DNA from: Synechococcus sp. A15-28
GTDB lineage: Bacteria > Cyanobacteriota > Cyanobacteriia > PCC-6307 > Cyanobiaceae
Length of the DNA: 32,000 nucleotides
Assembly (NCBI RefSeq): GCF_014280175.1
Contig: NZ_CP047931.1
Location: forward strand, 1,680,001 to 1,712,000
Direction of reading: 5' to 3'
A program made the translations under genes and the position numbers. The notes beneath the pieces are model-generated. The model saw only the letters and a list, made by a program, of their open reading frames with translations. It was not told the origin of the DNA and did no database searches. Below are positions 11,158 through 19,216 of the stretch, in pieces; the first letter of the stretch is position 1, and every line of letters starts with the position of its first letter.

Positions 11158-11231
11158 GCTCCCTTAGCTCAGCTGGATAGAGCAACTGCCTTCTAAGCAG
11201 TCGGTCGATGGTTCGAATCCATCAGGGGGCG
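11158..11231 (+). tRNA. tRNA-Arg(UCU); 3' half is supplied by the integrated element (attL)
   Basis: Folds fully: acceptor GCTCCCT/AGGGGGC, D-arm GCTCAGCTGGATAGAGC, anticodon arm ACTGC-CTTCTAA-GCAGT (anticodon TCT), T-arm GATGG-TTCGAAT-CCATC, discriminator G. Confidence 0.95.
11189..11204 (+). repeat. att core, left copy (inside intact tRNA-Arg)
   Basis: CCTTCTAAGCAGTCGG, exact 16-bp match to 23817..23832. Confidence 0.85.
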
Positions 11232-11245
11232 TTAACAGTCATAAC

Positions 11246-11280
11246 AATGGTTTTCAGCGATTTACTGGGAGCCGTTTTTT
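11246..11280 (+). terminator. Terminator following tRNA-Arg
   Basis: AATGGTTTTCAG / CTGGGAGCCGTT 12-bp stem including G-U pairs, then a T-tract. Confidence 0.75.
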
Positions 11281-11296
11281 CTTGAAAACCAACATT

Positions 11297-11318
11297 TGTG
11301 CGCAGAATTGTGCGCAGA
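11297..11318 (+). repeat. Candidate integrase arm-type site, left end
   Basis: TGTGCGCAGAATTGTGCGCAGA, exact 22-bp match to 23665..23686. Confidence 0.6.
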
Positions 11319-11581
11319 TTTGACCCAAGCTCAACTACACGGGGAGTGGAGTTGCAATTTCCGCGCACTGATCGCAAGGAGCGGTACCTGCGCTGGGAGA
11401 CGACTTATCACCAGCAAGGCCACTATTCAACGCTGCATCAGCAAGCTGTCGCCACACTGGGATGACGAACAGCTTGAAGCTGTTGTATCAATGTTCAAAG
11501 AGCACGGTCTACTTTGAGGTTTTACTGCTAACACGAAAATGAGACTTAGTACTACATTGTCAACAGAACACATCCCTCTCT

Positions 11582-12025
11582 ATGGATTTTGATAAGCCAC
11601 TTAATGTAGAACTCACTGGTGCCCTAAAAGATGGATACCTGGCAGGAGAAAAGGCCAGGCAGGCCGCTAAATCACAATACGATAAGTGGAGTCATCAGTT
11701 TTATAGGTGCTACGCATTTTTTCATGAAGAAGATAGAAAAAGAATTTCAAATCCATTTTGCTCGGTATTGCATAATTTGAGTTTCAACCCACTTCCTACA
11801 GAGGCATCGCCTGACCACGTTGGGGCATATGAAAATAAGTTTGTCTATCATTTGTATAACAAGCAAAATTATCATAAGGCAAGAACCGCTATTGAGCTTG
11901 TCAAGTCAAGTCGGAGTGGATTTGACTGCATCATTGAAAGGCATTATTCGACAGAAGATGTGATTTGTTTTAGAATTGAGGAGTATACGCAGAAACGTGT
12001 ACGCGAAAAGAGAGTGTTTCTCTAA
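11582..12025 (+). CDS. Hypothetical protein (element cargo)
   Basis: 147 aa ORF, AT-rich, no recognised motif. Confidence 0.5.
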   Translation: MDFDKPLNVELTGALKDGYLAGEKARQAAKSQYDKWSHQFYRCYAFFHEEDRKRISNPFCSVLHNLSFNPLPTEASPDHVGAYENKFVYHLYNKQNYHKARTAIELVKSSRSGFDCIIERHYSTEDVICFRIEEYTQKRVREKRVFL

Positions 12026-12034
12026 CCCTTAAAA

Positions 12035-12577
12035 GTGTTTCACCTGCTAGCTGCAACTGTTGCCCTTTCTCTTGCTCTCCCAGCTACTGCAATGCCAATT
12101 AGCTTCGATCAATTTATAGAGCAGTCAGCGCTTGAGTTGAGCGAAAAGCAAGCTGCATTTAATTCAACGTTTCAGGCGGCCGTAGGCAACAACTCAAGGT
12201 ATGAATACGATCTAGTCGAAGGGTGGATTAAGTTTGTAGACATTAAAACGAACAAGGAATTGCTTAAATACAAAATAGCTTCTGTAGGTTCATACAATAC
12301 AATTCGTGGCACCTGGCAGTGGGCTTGGGCAAAAAAAGAACGCACAAAAGAAGAAATAACCTTACTCGTAAGGCAAATATCAATTCTAGCTCAGACTTTT
12401 CCTGACAATAAAGATCTATTCAACGCAAGTCCATTTAAAACAGATGAGTTCTATGGACAAGAAGTTTCAGGCGCTTTGCTTAAGCTTTTGGATGGACAAG
12501 CAATTTACAATGCAGCCGACAATGGAGAAGATAGTGAGTACTGGATTTACCTCGTCCTAGTTGAGCCAATTAACTAA
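12035..12577 (+). CDS. Hypothetical secreted/periplasmic protein
   Basis: 180 aa; signal-peptide-like N terminus (LLAATVALSLALPATAMP). Confidence 0.5.
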   Translation: MFHLLAATVALSLALPATAMPISFDQFIEQSALELSEKQAAFNSTFQAAVGNNSRYEYDLVEGWIKFVDIKTNKELLKYKIASVGSYNTIRGTWQWAWAKKERTKEEITLLVRQISILAQTFPDNKDLFNASPFKTDEFYGQEVSGALLKLLDGQAIYNAADNGEDSEYWIYLVLVEPIN

Positions 12578-12687
12578 TGACAAGCAGAGCTTTGCAGCTG
12601 TCCCAATAAATCGCCGCTGATCACCATGGCAATCACCACCAAGCAGCAACGTCAGCAACGCCGCAGCGAGGCTCTAGAGGTAAAACC

Positions 12688-13416
12688 ATGAAAGATCATT
12701 ATTGGTATGTAGGTCTTGACAATGATGAATTTGCTAGACGATTTAGGTCGCGTTACAAAACACTCCCTAATGCTTTATTGGGTCAAGAGCTTTACGACAA
12801 AGTTGATGCTATGGAGGAAATTCACCTTCAACATCGTGGCAAATCAGAATTTGGTAGAGCCAAAATTGCCGAGCTGTGTGGATTTTGTGCGCAAAGAGAG
12901 GATGGAACCTTCAAGCGGCCTAATTACGTGGCTTTTAATATTGCTATTGCCCATATTTCAAGACAACAGCACGGCTACAGATCTTTGGGAAGGGAAGGCT
13001 ATTTAGAATCAGATAATACTGTCATCGACGAGCGTGATATTGCATCAATGACCACTAAATACCGCCCCAGGACTGGTGGTTTTAAAGAATCTGTTATCAG
13101 TACTCACGGCTTAGAATGTCAAGTTTGTGGGATGAAGATCAAGCCCTTGATAGAAGCTGCACATATTGTTCCTGTGGCCTTGAATGGTGTGGATCATTTC
13201 AGCAATGGCATACCTCTTTGCCCTAACCACCATGCTGCTTTTGATCGATACCTATTTGCCTTTGATCCAGTTGATCAATCAGTGGTCTTTAAAGATGGCT
13301 TGAATTACTCGGTGCTTGGAATCACCAAGCCAAAGTTAGTGGCCAACGTCAGTACTGAAGCTTTGAAAATCCGGTATGACCTTTTTCAGGAGAGCAACTG
13401 TGGCGGAGTGAGCTGA
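12688..13416 (+). CDS. HNH endonuclease domain protein
   Basis: 242 aa; CQVCGMKIKPLIEAAHIVPVALNGVDHFSNGIPLCPNHHAAFDRYLFAFD, restriction-type HNH fold signature. Confidence 0.85.
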   Translation: MKDHYWYVGLDNDEFARRFRSRYKTLPNALLGQELYDKVDAMEEIHLQHRGKSEFGRAKIAELCGFCAQREDGTFKRPNYVAFNIAIAHISRQQHGYRSLGREGYLESDNTVIDERDIASMTTKYRPRTGGFKESVISTHGLECQVCGMKIKPLIEAAHIVPVALNGVDHFSNGIPLCPNHHAAFDRYLFAFDPVDQSVVFKDGLNYSVLGITKPKLVANVSTEALKIRYDLFQESNCGGVS

Positions 13417-13465
13417 ACCCTTGTTTGGCGCCACAGAGACACATCGATTTTTTAGGGGCTGATCC

Positions 13466-13852
13466 ATGGCCAGAACCAGCAGAGCTGAACGCCACAGACG
13501 CCGTGAATCAGCGTTGGCTCTAGTCAGTCAGGGAAAGGGTTTCAGCGACGTTGTGACCGCACAGATGTCGCAATGGGGGTGCTCACGTTCATCTGCCCAA
13601 CGGGACTGTCGTTGGGCGCATGATCAGCTCCAACTGAGCATTGATTCACACGACGCTCAACACCTGATCTGCCACATAGCGACAAGCCTTCAACGCATCT
13701 CTCTAAAGGCCGAAGAGTCAGGCCAGTTCGCAGCTGCTGTCGGTGCCCAGAAGATGATTTACGAGCTTCTGCTGCGCCGGAAGCTTGACCATGAAGCTGA
13801 CAAAGCCAGTCGTCCTGGCTGGGGCTATCGCCACGGCAACACCAGAGCCTGA
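13466..13852 (+). CDS. Terminase-small-subunit-like / HTH DNA-binding protein
   Basis: 128 aa; basic N terminus, HTH region WGCSRSSAQRDCRWAHDQL, then a helical region ending AAAVGAQKMIYELLLRRKLD. Assignment by pattern only. Confidence 0.5.
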   Translation: MARTSRAERHRRRESALALVSQGKGFSDVVTAQMSQWGCSRSSAQRDCRWAHDQLQLSIDSHDAQHLICHIATSLQRISLKAEESGQFAAAVGAQKMIYELLLRRKLDHEADKASRPGWGYRHGNTRA

Positions 13853-13996
13853 CAGTGAGTTAACAGCGCGCTTAAACGCGACAGCGCCCTGCTTGTGGTG
13901 CGTACTGGCCCGGGGCTTGGACACCCCGGGATTTCTTCTGCAATATCAGGACTGGCTTAAAATTGAGGAGCTGTTTCTTGATAAGTTTCGGGTTTT

Positions 13997-14737
13997 ATGA
14001 ATCGGCCTATCAGCATCTCATTAATGCTTGGACTTCTACTTCAGGCATGTGGGGCGTCGTCTTTTGTGCATTTGCGGATAGCCGAGGAAAGCTTGTATAA
14101 AAAAGGAAAAGAATCAATAGTGATCGAAGAATCGACTAAGGCATTAGATATCGAAGAAAGTGCAGAGGCTTATTACATGAGAGGGGTCGCTCATAATGAT
14201 CTTGATAATTTCGCAAAGGCCCAGGAAGACTTGTCCAGCGCAATTAGAATGAATAGCAAAGTAGCTAAATATCACTACGTTCTAGGAAACAACTATGATG
14301 ACCAGAATGAGTTCAAGTCAGCCATCAACTCTTATAGTCAAGCCATAGAAATCCAGCCTAAGCACATAAATGCCATTGGTAATAGGGCCCTTGCCAAGAG
14401 AAGTATTGGAGATTTGAATGGCGCGATTCAGGACTTCTCGATGGCTATAAACATCGATCCTATGCATGCAAATAATTTGCGTATGAGAGGCAATCTCAAA
14501 TATCAATTAAATGATTTTAGCTCAGCGCTAGATGACTACAATAAGGCTGCTTCTATTGACTCTAAAATAGCGGATGAAAAAGCTTGGCGCTCCGATATTC
14601 ATGCGGATGTCTTGTTTGACAGAGGGTATGCCCTGTTCAGACTTGAAAGAATAAGTGAGGCATGCAGTGACTGGGAAGAATCCCTTGCATTGGGAAATGA
14701 TGATAGCTCAATACCCATTAAGTACTACTGCCAATAA
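13997..14737 (+). CDS. TPR-repeat lipoprotein
   Basis: 246 aa; signal peptide with lipobox LLQAC, several TPR units (YYMRGVAHNDLDNFAKAQEDLSSAI..., ALAKRSIGDLNGAIQDFSMAI..., GYALFRLERISEACSDWEESLAL). Confidence 0.8.
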   Translation: MNRPISISLMLGLLLQACGASSFVHLRIAEESLYKKGKESIVIEESTKALDIEESAEAYYMRGVAHNDLDNFAKAQEDLSSAIRMNSKVAKYHYVLGNNYDDQNEFKSAINSYSQAIEIQPKHINAIGNRALAKRSIGDLNGAIQDFSMAINIDPMHANNLRMRGNLKYQLNDFSSALDDYNKAASIDSKIADEKAWRSDIHADVLFDRGYALFRLERISEACSDWEESLALGNDDSSIPIKYYCQ

Positions 14738-14865
14738 TGGTTTGATGATGTTGACTGCAACGGGTCCTTTCTCTTGCGCCCTTTGTGGGTCATCCGAAGG
14801 CGCGTTGATCCTTTAGACAGTGGTTGTCAAAATATTGGACATTTAGAGACACCAGGAGACAGGCA

Positions 14866-15078
14866 ATGCAACTCATGAGTGTGAGTGCCGCTGCAAGGCA
14901 CCTTGGATATAAAAGCCGTTCGCAGCTGTACAAGCTGATGAATGACGGCTGGCTAGATGCCCATGTGCATGTCCAGATGCCTAGTGGTCAGCGTTTGCTC
15001 GATGTTGATGGACTATATAAGACCTTGCAGGGCACATGTCAGTGGCGCGTCGATAGCGTTTTTTTAAGACCCGATTAG
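14866..15078 (+). CDS. Small helix-turn-helix protein, possible excisionase/regulator
   Basis: MQLMSVSAAARHLGYKSRSQLYKLMNDGWLDAHV is an HTH-like N terminus; internal start chosen, preceded by GGAGACAGGCA. Confidence 0.5.
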   Translation: MQLMSVSAAARHLGYKSRSQLYKLMNDGWLDAHVHVQMPSGQRLLDVDGLYKTLQGTCQWRVDSVFLRPD

Positions 15079-15085
15079 AGAGGGA

Positions 15086-15448
15086 TCAATATTCGTAAAA
15101 CGCATCCTCCTGGAAGTCTCTATATTCACTTGCGCCTACGCACAAAGGGTCATCGCATCCATATAGCTCAGCGACTTCATCAGGGCCAAGCTCTCTCCCA
15201 TCTTGTGTGATTAGCAATAGGAGTGTGATCTCCTCCCATGTTTTATGGTGTTCTTCAAGTTCAGAACCGGCTTCATTAAATTCATGTTCCTCGAATTGTG
15301 GCTTGGGGTTTAAGTGTGGATAGAGTTCACTTGCGGCATTGTCATGCCAATAAAAGTCATAAAAATCTCCCTCTTTAAAGAAGAAAGTCTGGCCATGAAG
15401 AACAATAGAATCCAGACCCTTCATTGATGATTCAGTGGATTGAGTCAT
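15086..15448 (-). CDS. Hypothetical acidic protein downstream of the helicase-PLD gene
   Basis: 120 aa ORF, same strand as the 15551..19024 gene. Confidence 0.45.
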   Translation of the reverse strand: MTQSTESSMKGLDSIVLHGQTFFFKEGDFYDFYWHDNAASELYPHLNPKPQFEEHEFNEAGSELEEHHKTWEEITLLLLITQDGRELGPDEVAELYGCDDPLCVGASEYRDFQEDAFYEY

Positions 15449-15550
15449 TAAATGCTTTCCAATGTTTGGGCCATGTCAATAACCAATAGAGTCATTCTCC
15501 GCTCCAATCCATACGAGTTTTGAATAATATCTCTTGAAAAGGGAAAGTCA

Positions 15551-18500
15551 TCATCTTCGGGGGGCACGAGCTTTGCCATCGCAATGTAGATCTTCACAGG
15601 GAAAATAAAAGCCAAATCTACTTTTCGCATAAACCGTTCTCGAACCACATTTAGGGCATTTAGGATTTTCTGATTGTGCCCAATCGACCATCGATGAGGG
15701 CGCAACTGGTCCAGGAAGTGAAAGAGATTTAGCCAATTCGAGAGCTATTCCAGGCTGCCTTACCAGCAACATTGACTCAAGCGTAGAACCAGCAAATGAA
15801 AGTGGATTTAGAGAACCATACCAGGCCAAGTCATCATCAATGAGCACAGCTTTTTGGTGAAGCTTGTTCCTCTGCTCAACCACAACACCTCTATCTCTTA
15901 TCAAGCGAACAAGATCAAATGATTTACTGGGATCAGACCTACCAAAGCTTCCATTTGTTTGATTGGTTGGCAGCACAAACTTTACCGTCACACCATCCTC
16001 AATAGGTTTTCGAAGGACAGTGAGAACCTCATCAACACGAGAAGGAGTGAAAAATCCAGAGAATATAACTATCGTATTTTTTGCCTCTTCAATGTTCTTA
16101 TATAACAGGGGAAAGAACGACGTCTCATCCACCATTCCATCCTGAATAGAGGTCTTAGCGACCGAAATGTGATTTACAGAGAGTTGAGCCTCAATAGCGC
16201 CTAACTCGCTTTTATCTACAAGGGCTCTTGCATCAACGACACGTCCCTTCATCTGCATAGAAAAGAGCACCTCCCGTAAGAAAGAGTAGTTAGACAATTG
16301 CTTATCAAGAACATTCAGATCAGCCAAAACAACCAATGACTTCTTGGCACGACTTATTGCTACATTTAAATTCTTGGCACCTTCATCCTGCGGCTTAATT
16401 GAATTAATAAAAGGGGCCAGGAAGTTCGATTCAGACTGTGCAACTACAGTATCAAACACAAGAAGATCACGTTCGTCACCCTGGAATTGGTGCACAGTAC
16501 CCACCGAGGTAATAACCTTTTGATCCTGTTCCGTAAGCAACTTAGAGAACAAGCGCGATTGAGCTGCGAAAGGTGTGCAATACCCTAAAGAAAGATTATT
16601 GGAATCAGCTACTTGTAGCAAAAGCTTTCTAGCGATATAAGCATGAAGAAGGTTTATCTTGCCGCCAGAAGCAGGCGTAGACGAAAACGAAAGCAAAGGC
16701 GAGGTGTCAATTAAAACAAGCTCCCCTAGCGAATCCAAAAGAGGATGGATAATGTTTATAGGATCAGACTTCAAACCCGAATGGAGCTGGTTGTTGTACA
16801 TATAGCCGGATATGAGATTACATATCGAAGGCTGCATTCGATACTGAGTGTCTAGAAATCCCAAGTTTTTTGACAAGCCAGAACCAGACCTAACGTCATC
16901 CTCGATACCACATACCTCAAAGATACTCTTACCGAGAATATCCTTAATCAACTTGTTGTCAGTTTGACAAATTGGTGAGAGCTGAGAAAAATCACCGGAC
17001 ACTATCACTCGCTTTTTAGCAATTGATGCTGCAACAAATAGCATTGGGAGAGAGGCCATCGAGGCCTCATCAATGATCACATTATCGTAAAATCCAAGAT
17101 CACCAAGGTTCATACATGTCTTAGCAAGGGTGGCACCAACAACAAAAGAATTTTCTATAATCGTCTGCTTAAGTGCCTGAAGAGATTCTTCAAGCTTTCT
17201 ACATCTAGAATCAATATCTCCAACATCTGCTTTAATCTTTAAAACTCTTGCATTCAAAGAATCCCTATCAATACCGGAGAGCTGTCTAGAAACTTCAACA
17301 TTACGAGTGGCAAGGTCTTCCGATAGATCTTTTAACCGCAGCAGCTTAGATCGATAGCCATCAAGGGTAGAATTTTTATGCAATATATCTTTCTCTAATG
17401 CATCTATCTGTCTTCTAAGAGTTTCGGGAGTTCTCCCGAAGACACCACCTAATCCACCTCGCCCCGAGCTTCTATCATTGTATTTTTGTCGAAGTTCATT
17501 GGCAGAATCTTCTAAAGATGATATCTCATCTCGTAGACTCTTTGCTAGAGCTTGAGTCTGCAAAAACTCTGATTTTGACCTCTGGATTTCAACTCCTACA
17601 CGATCAAGCTCATCAAACAAAGAAGATTTATCTAACAAGTCACTACTTTGATCAATAAGGTGACTCTTTCTGGACAGAAGCTGGGCGATTTCCTCTTTAA
17701 ATTCAAGTCCCAATTTCTCGGAGATACCCTCCACAGTCACTTGCTGTCGATGGTCTCTAATCAAGTCTTTATGACTAATATTGCCAATGCGAACAAACTT
17801 ATTTTCATCAACATACGACCTTGAATCCTCGCGACAACATTTCAAGAAGACCTGATCAACTGCCATATTTGTATTTGAACAGATCAAGGTCTTCTCTCCC
17901 GCATCGCAAAGATTTTTAATTACAGAAGTAAGAGTCTGCGTTTTTCCTGTCCCTGGAGGGCCCCAAAGAATTGAAAAATTATAACTTAAAGCCTTTTCAA
18001 TAAATGAGGCTTGAGAAGAATTCAGCTTCTCCAAATGAGAAGCCTTGATAGGTTCATCCAGTAATTGATATTGATTACTCAAAACGTTGGAAGCAAATTC
18101 AAGTAGCAATCCTTTCTTGGTCGACTTCTTATCCTTATCTCCCTTTCTTGAAATACCACATTCCCTCGCCAGCAAATCACGAATAAACATATCCATAGCG
18201 GTATCGTCAACGGATATGTCACCGCCGTTAAGGTGCTCACCCAAGTCCTCCTCTACTGTCAATGTCACTTCATTGCTAGAGGCGCCACTAATAGCAACAA
18301 CTCGCCCATCTGTTTTTCCATTGGCAGTCCTCAAAACCACTGATGAACCAGGGAAAAGCTCGTCAGCTCGGGAAGACACATTTACAATGTATGCAATGGA
18401 GTCTTCTGCTGAAGTAAGAGCAACAACTTTCCTACCTTGTTGAAAGGAGATTGATTTAGAACTCTTCTTCTTCGAGTCAGATATTCGCTGGTTAAGTGCA

Positions 18501-19024
18501 TGATAAAAACGCTCCGCCCAAGTCTTTCTAGAAATCTCAGAAACATCAAGCCCATCAACCGAACTTTCCTCTAAATTAAAAACCAAAGGATCGGGAGTAT
18601 CCATAAGCTCTGGCCCAGATTTACGAATTTCATGGATTGATATTTCCTTTTTTTCTGGCAATGGATGCTTTTCAAGATAATTACTCTCGGCCTTTGGAAT
18701 TAATGGATTATCAGCAGCAGGTTTTTTTTGAGCGGCATTATGGCCTAAATTCTTTTTGTGCCCTTCTTGCTTGTCTACTTGGTTCCGTTCCTCTCCTTCA
18801 TGAAAACTAGCCGCTGTAGAGCCAGGGGCAGTAGCATTCCTTGAAAGTTGCTTTTCAATTTTCTTTTTGATTGTCGATAGTTTTCTCTCAGCTCTTCTAC
18901 GTTTGGATATCTCCTCAAGAAGGAGCCGGAGTTTATTTGTATCAGCAGAGGCAAGTAGCTGCTCGGCCTGCTCAATGATTTCGTTGGTCCCAAGAGTTTT
19001 GTATGGCCTACTTGGTGATGCCAC
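15551..19024 (-). CDS. SF1 (UPF1/COG1112-like) helicase fused to C-terminal PLD-type nuclease and zinc ribbon; candidate anti-phage defence protein (Mokosh type II-like)
   Basis: 1157 aa; Walker A ILWGPPGTGKTQTL, NTNMAVDQV, NVIIDEASMASLP, GTVHQFQGDERDLLVFDTV, NVAISRAKKSLVVLAD; PLD motif HQKAVLIDDDLAWYGSLN (HxKx4Dx6GSxN); terminal CPKCG...CEDLHC. Confidence 0.85.
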   Translation of the reverse strand: MASPSRPYKTLGTNEIIEQAEQLLASADTNKLRLLLEEISKRRRAERKLSTIKKKIEKQLSRNATAPGSTAASFHEGEERNQVDKQEGHKKNLGHNAAQKKPAADNPLIPKAESNYLEKHPLPEKKEISIHEIRKSGPELMDTPDPLVFNLEESSVDGLDVSEISRKTWAERFYHALNQRISDSKKKSSKSISFQQGRKVVALTSAEDSIAYIVNVSSRADELFPGSSVVLRTANGKTDGRVVAISGASSNEVTLTVEEDLGEHLNGGDISVDDTAMDMFIRDLLARECGISRKGDKDKKSTKKGLLLEFASNVLSNQYQLLDEPIKASHLEKLNSSQASFIEKALSYNFSILWGPPGTGKTQTLTSVIKNLCDAGEKTLICSNTNMAVDQVFLKCCREDSRSYVDENKFVRIGNISHKDLIRDHRQQVTVEGISEKLGLEFKEEIAQLLSRKSHLIDQSSDLLDKSSLFDELDRVGVEIQRSKSEFLQTQALAKSLRDEISSLEDSANELRQKYNDRSSGRGGLGGVFGRTPETLRRQIDALEKDILHKNSTLDGYRSKLLRLKDLSEDLATRNVEVSRQLSGIDRDSLNARVLKIKADVGDIDSRCRKLEESLQALKQTIIENSFVVGATLAKTCMNLGDLGFYDNVIIDEASMASLPMLFVAASIAKKRVIVSGDFSQLSPICQTDNKLIKDILGKSIFEVCGIEDDVRSGSGLSKNLGFLDTQYRMQPSICNLISGYMYNNQLHSGLKSDPINIIHPLLDSLGELVLIDTSPLLSFSSTPASGGKINLLHAYIARKLLLQVADSNNLSLGYCTPFAAQSRLFSKLLTEQDQKVITSVGTVHQFQGDERDLLVFDTVVAQSESNFLAPFINSIKPQDEGAKNLNVAISRAKKSLVVLADLNVLDKQLSNYSFLREVLFSMQMKGRVVDARALVDKSELGAIEAQLSVNHISVAKTSIQDGMVDETSFFPLLYKNIEEAKNTIVIFSGFFTPSRVDEVLTVLRKPIEDGVTVKFVLPTNQTNGSFGRSDPSKSFDLVRLIRDRGVVVEQRNKLHQKAVLIDDDLAWYGSLNPLSFAGSTLESMLLVRQPGIALELAKSLSLPGPVAPSSMVDWAQSENPKCPKCGSRTVYAKSRFGFYFPCEDLHCDGKARAPRR

Positions 19025-19216
19025 TCAGGAATGGGTCTTTCTTGTAACCATCTTCGCTGAAAGAGTTTCGAGTGCGCATCCCACCTTTGACAAGGCTTGA
19101 CATTACTGGTGTCACCCCGAACCAACTGCGCTGCAACTGATCCGGGGGAATCTGACAAGAAAACAAGGATTCAGCACCGCTCACAACAGTGGGTGTTGCA
19201 AGCGGTGGGAGCAGTG

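Noticed and set aside
11296-11517. 73-aa ORF MCAELCADLTQ... just inside attL
   Set aside because: Its start overlaps the putative arm-site repeat; the similar CAQ/CAE peptides near 23696 and 23349..23909 arise from the same DNA repeat, so it is more likely regulatory/att DNA than protein coding.
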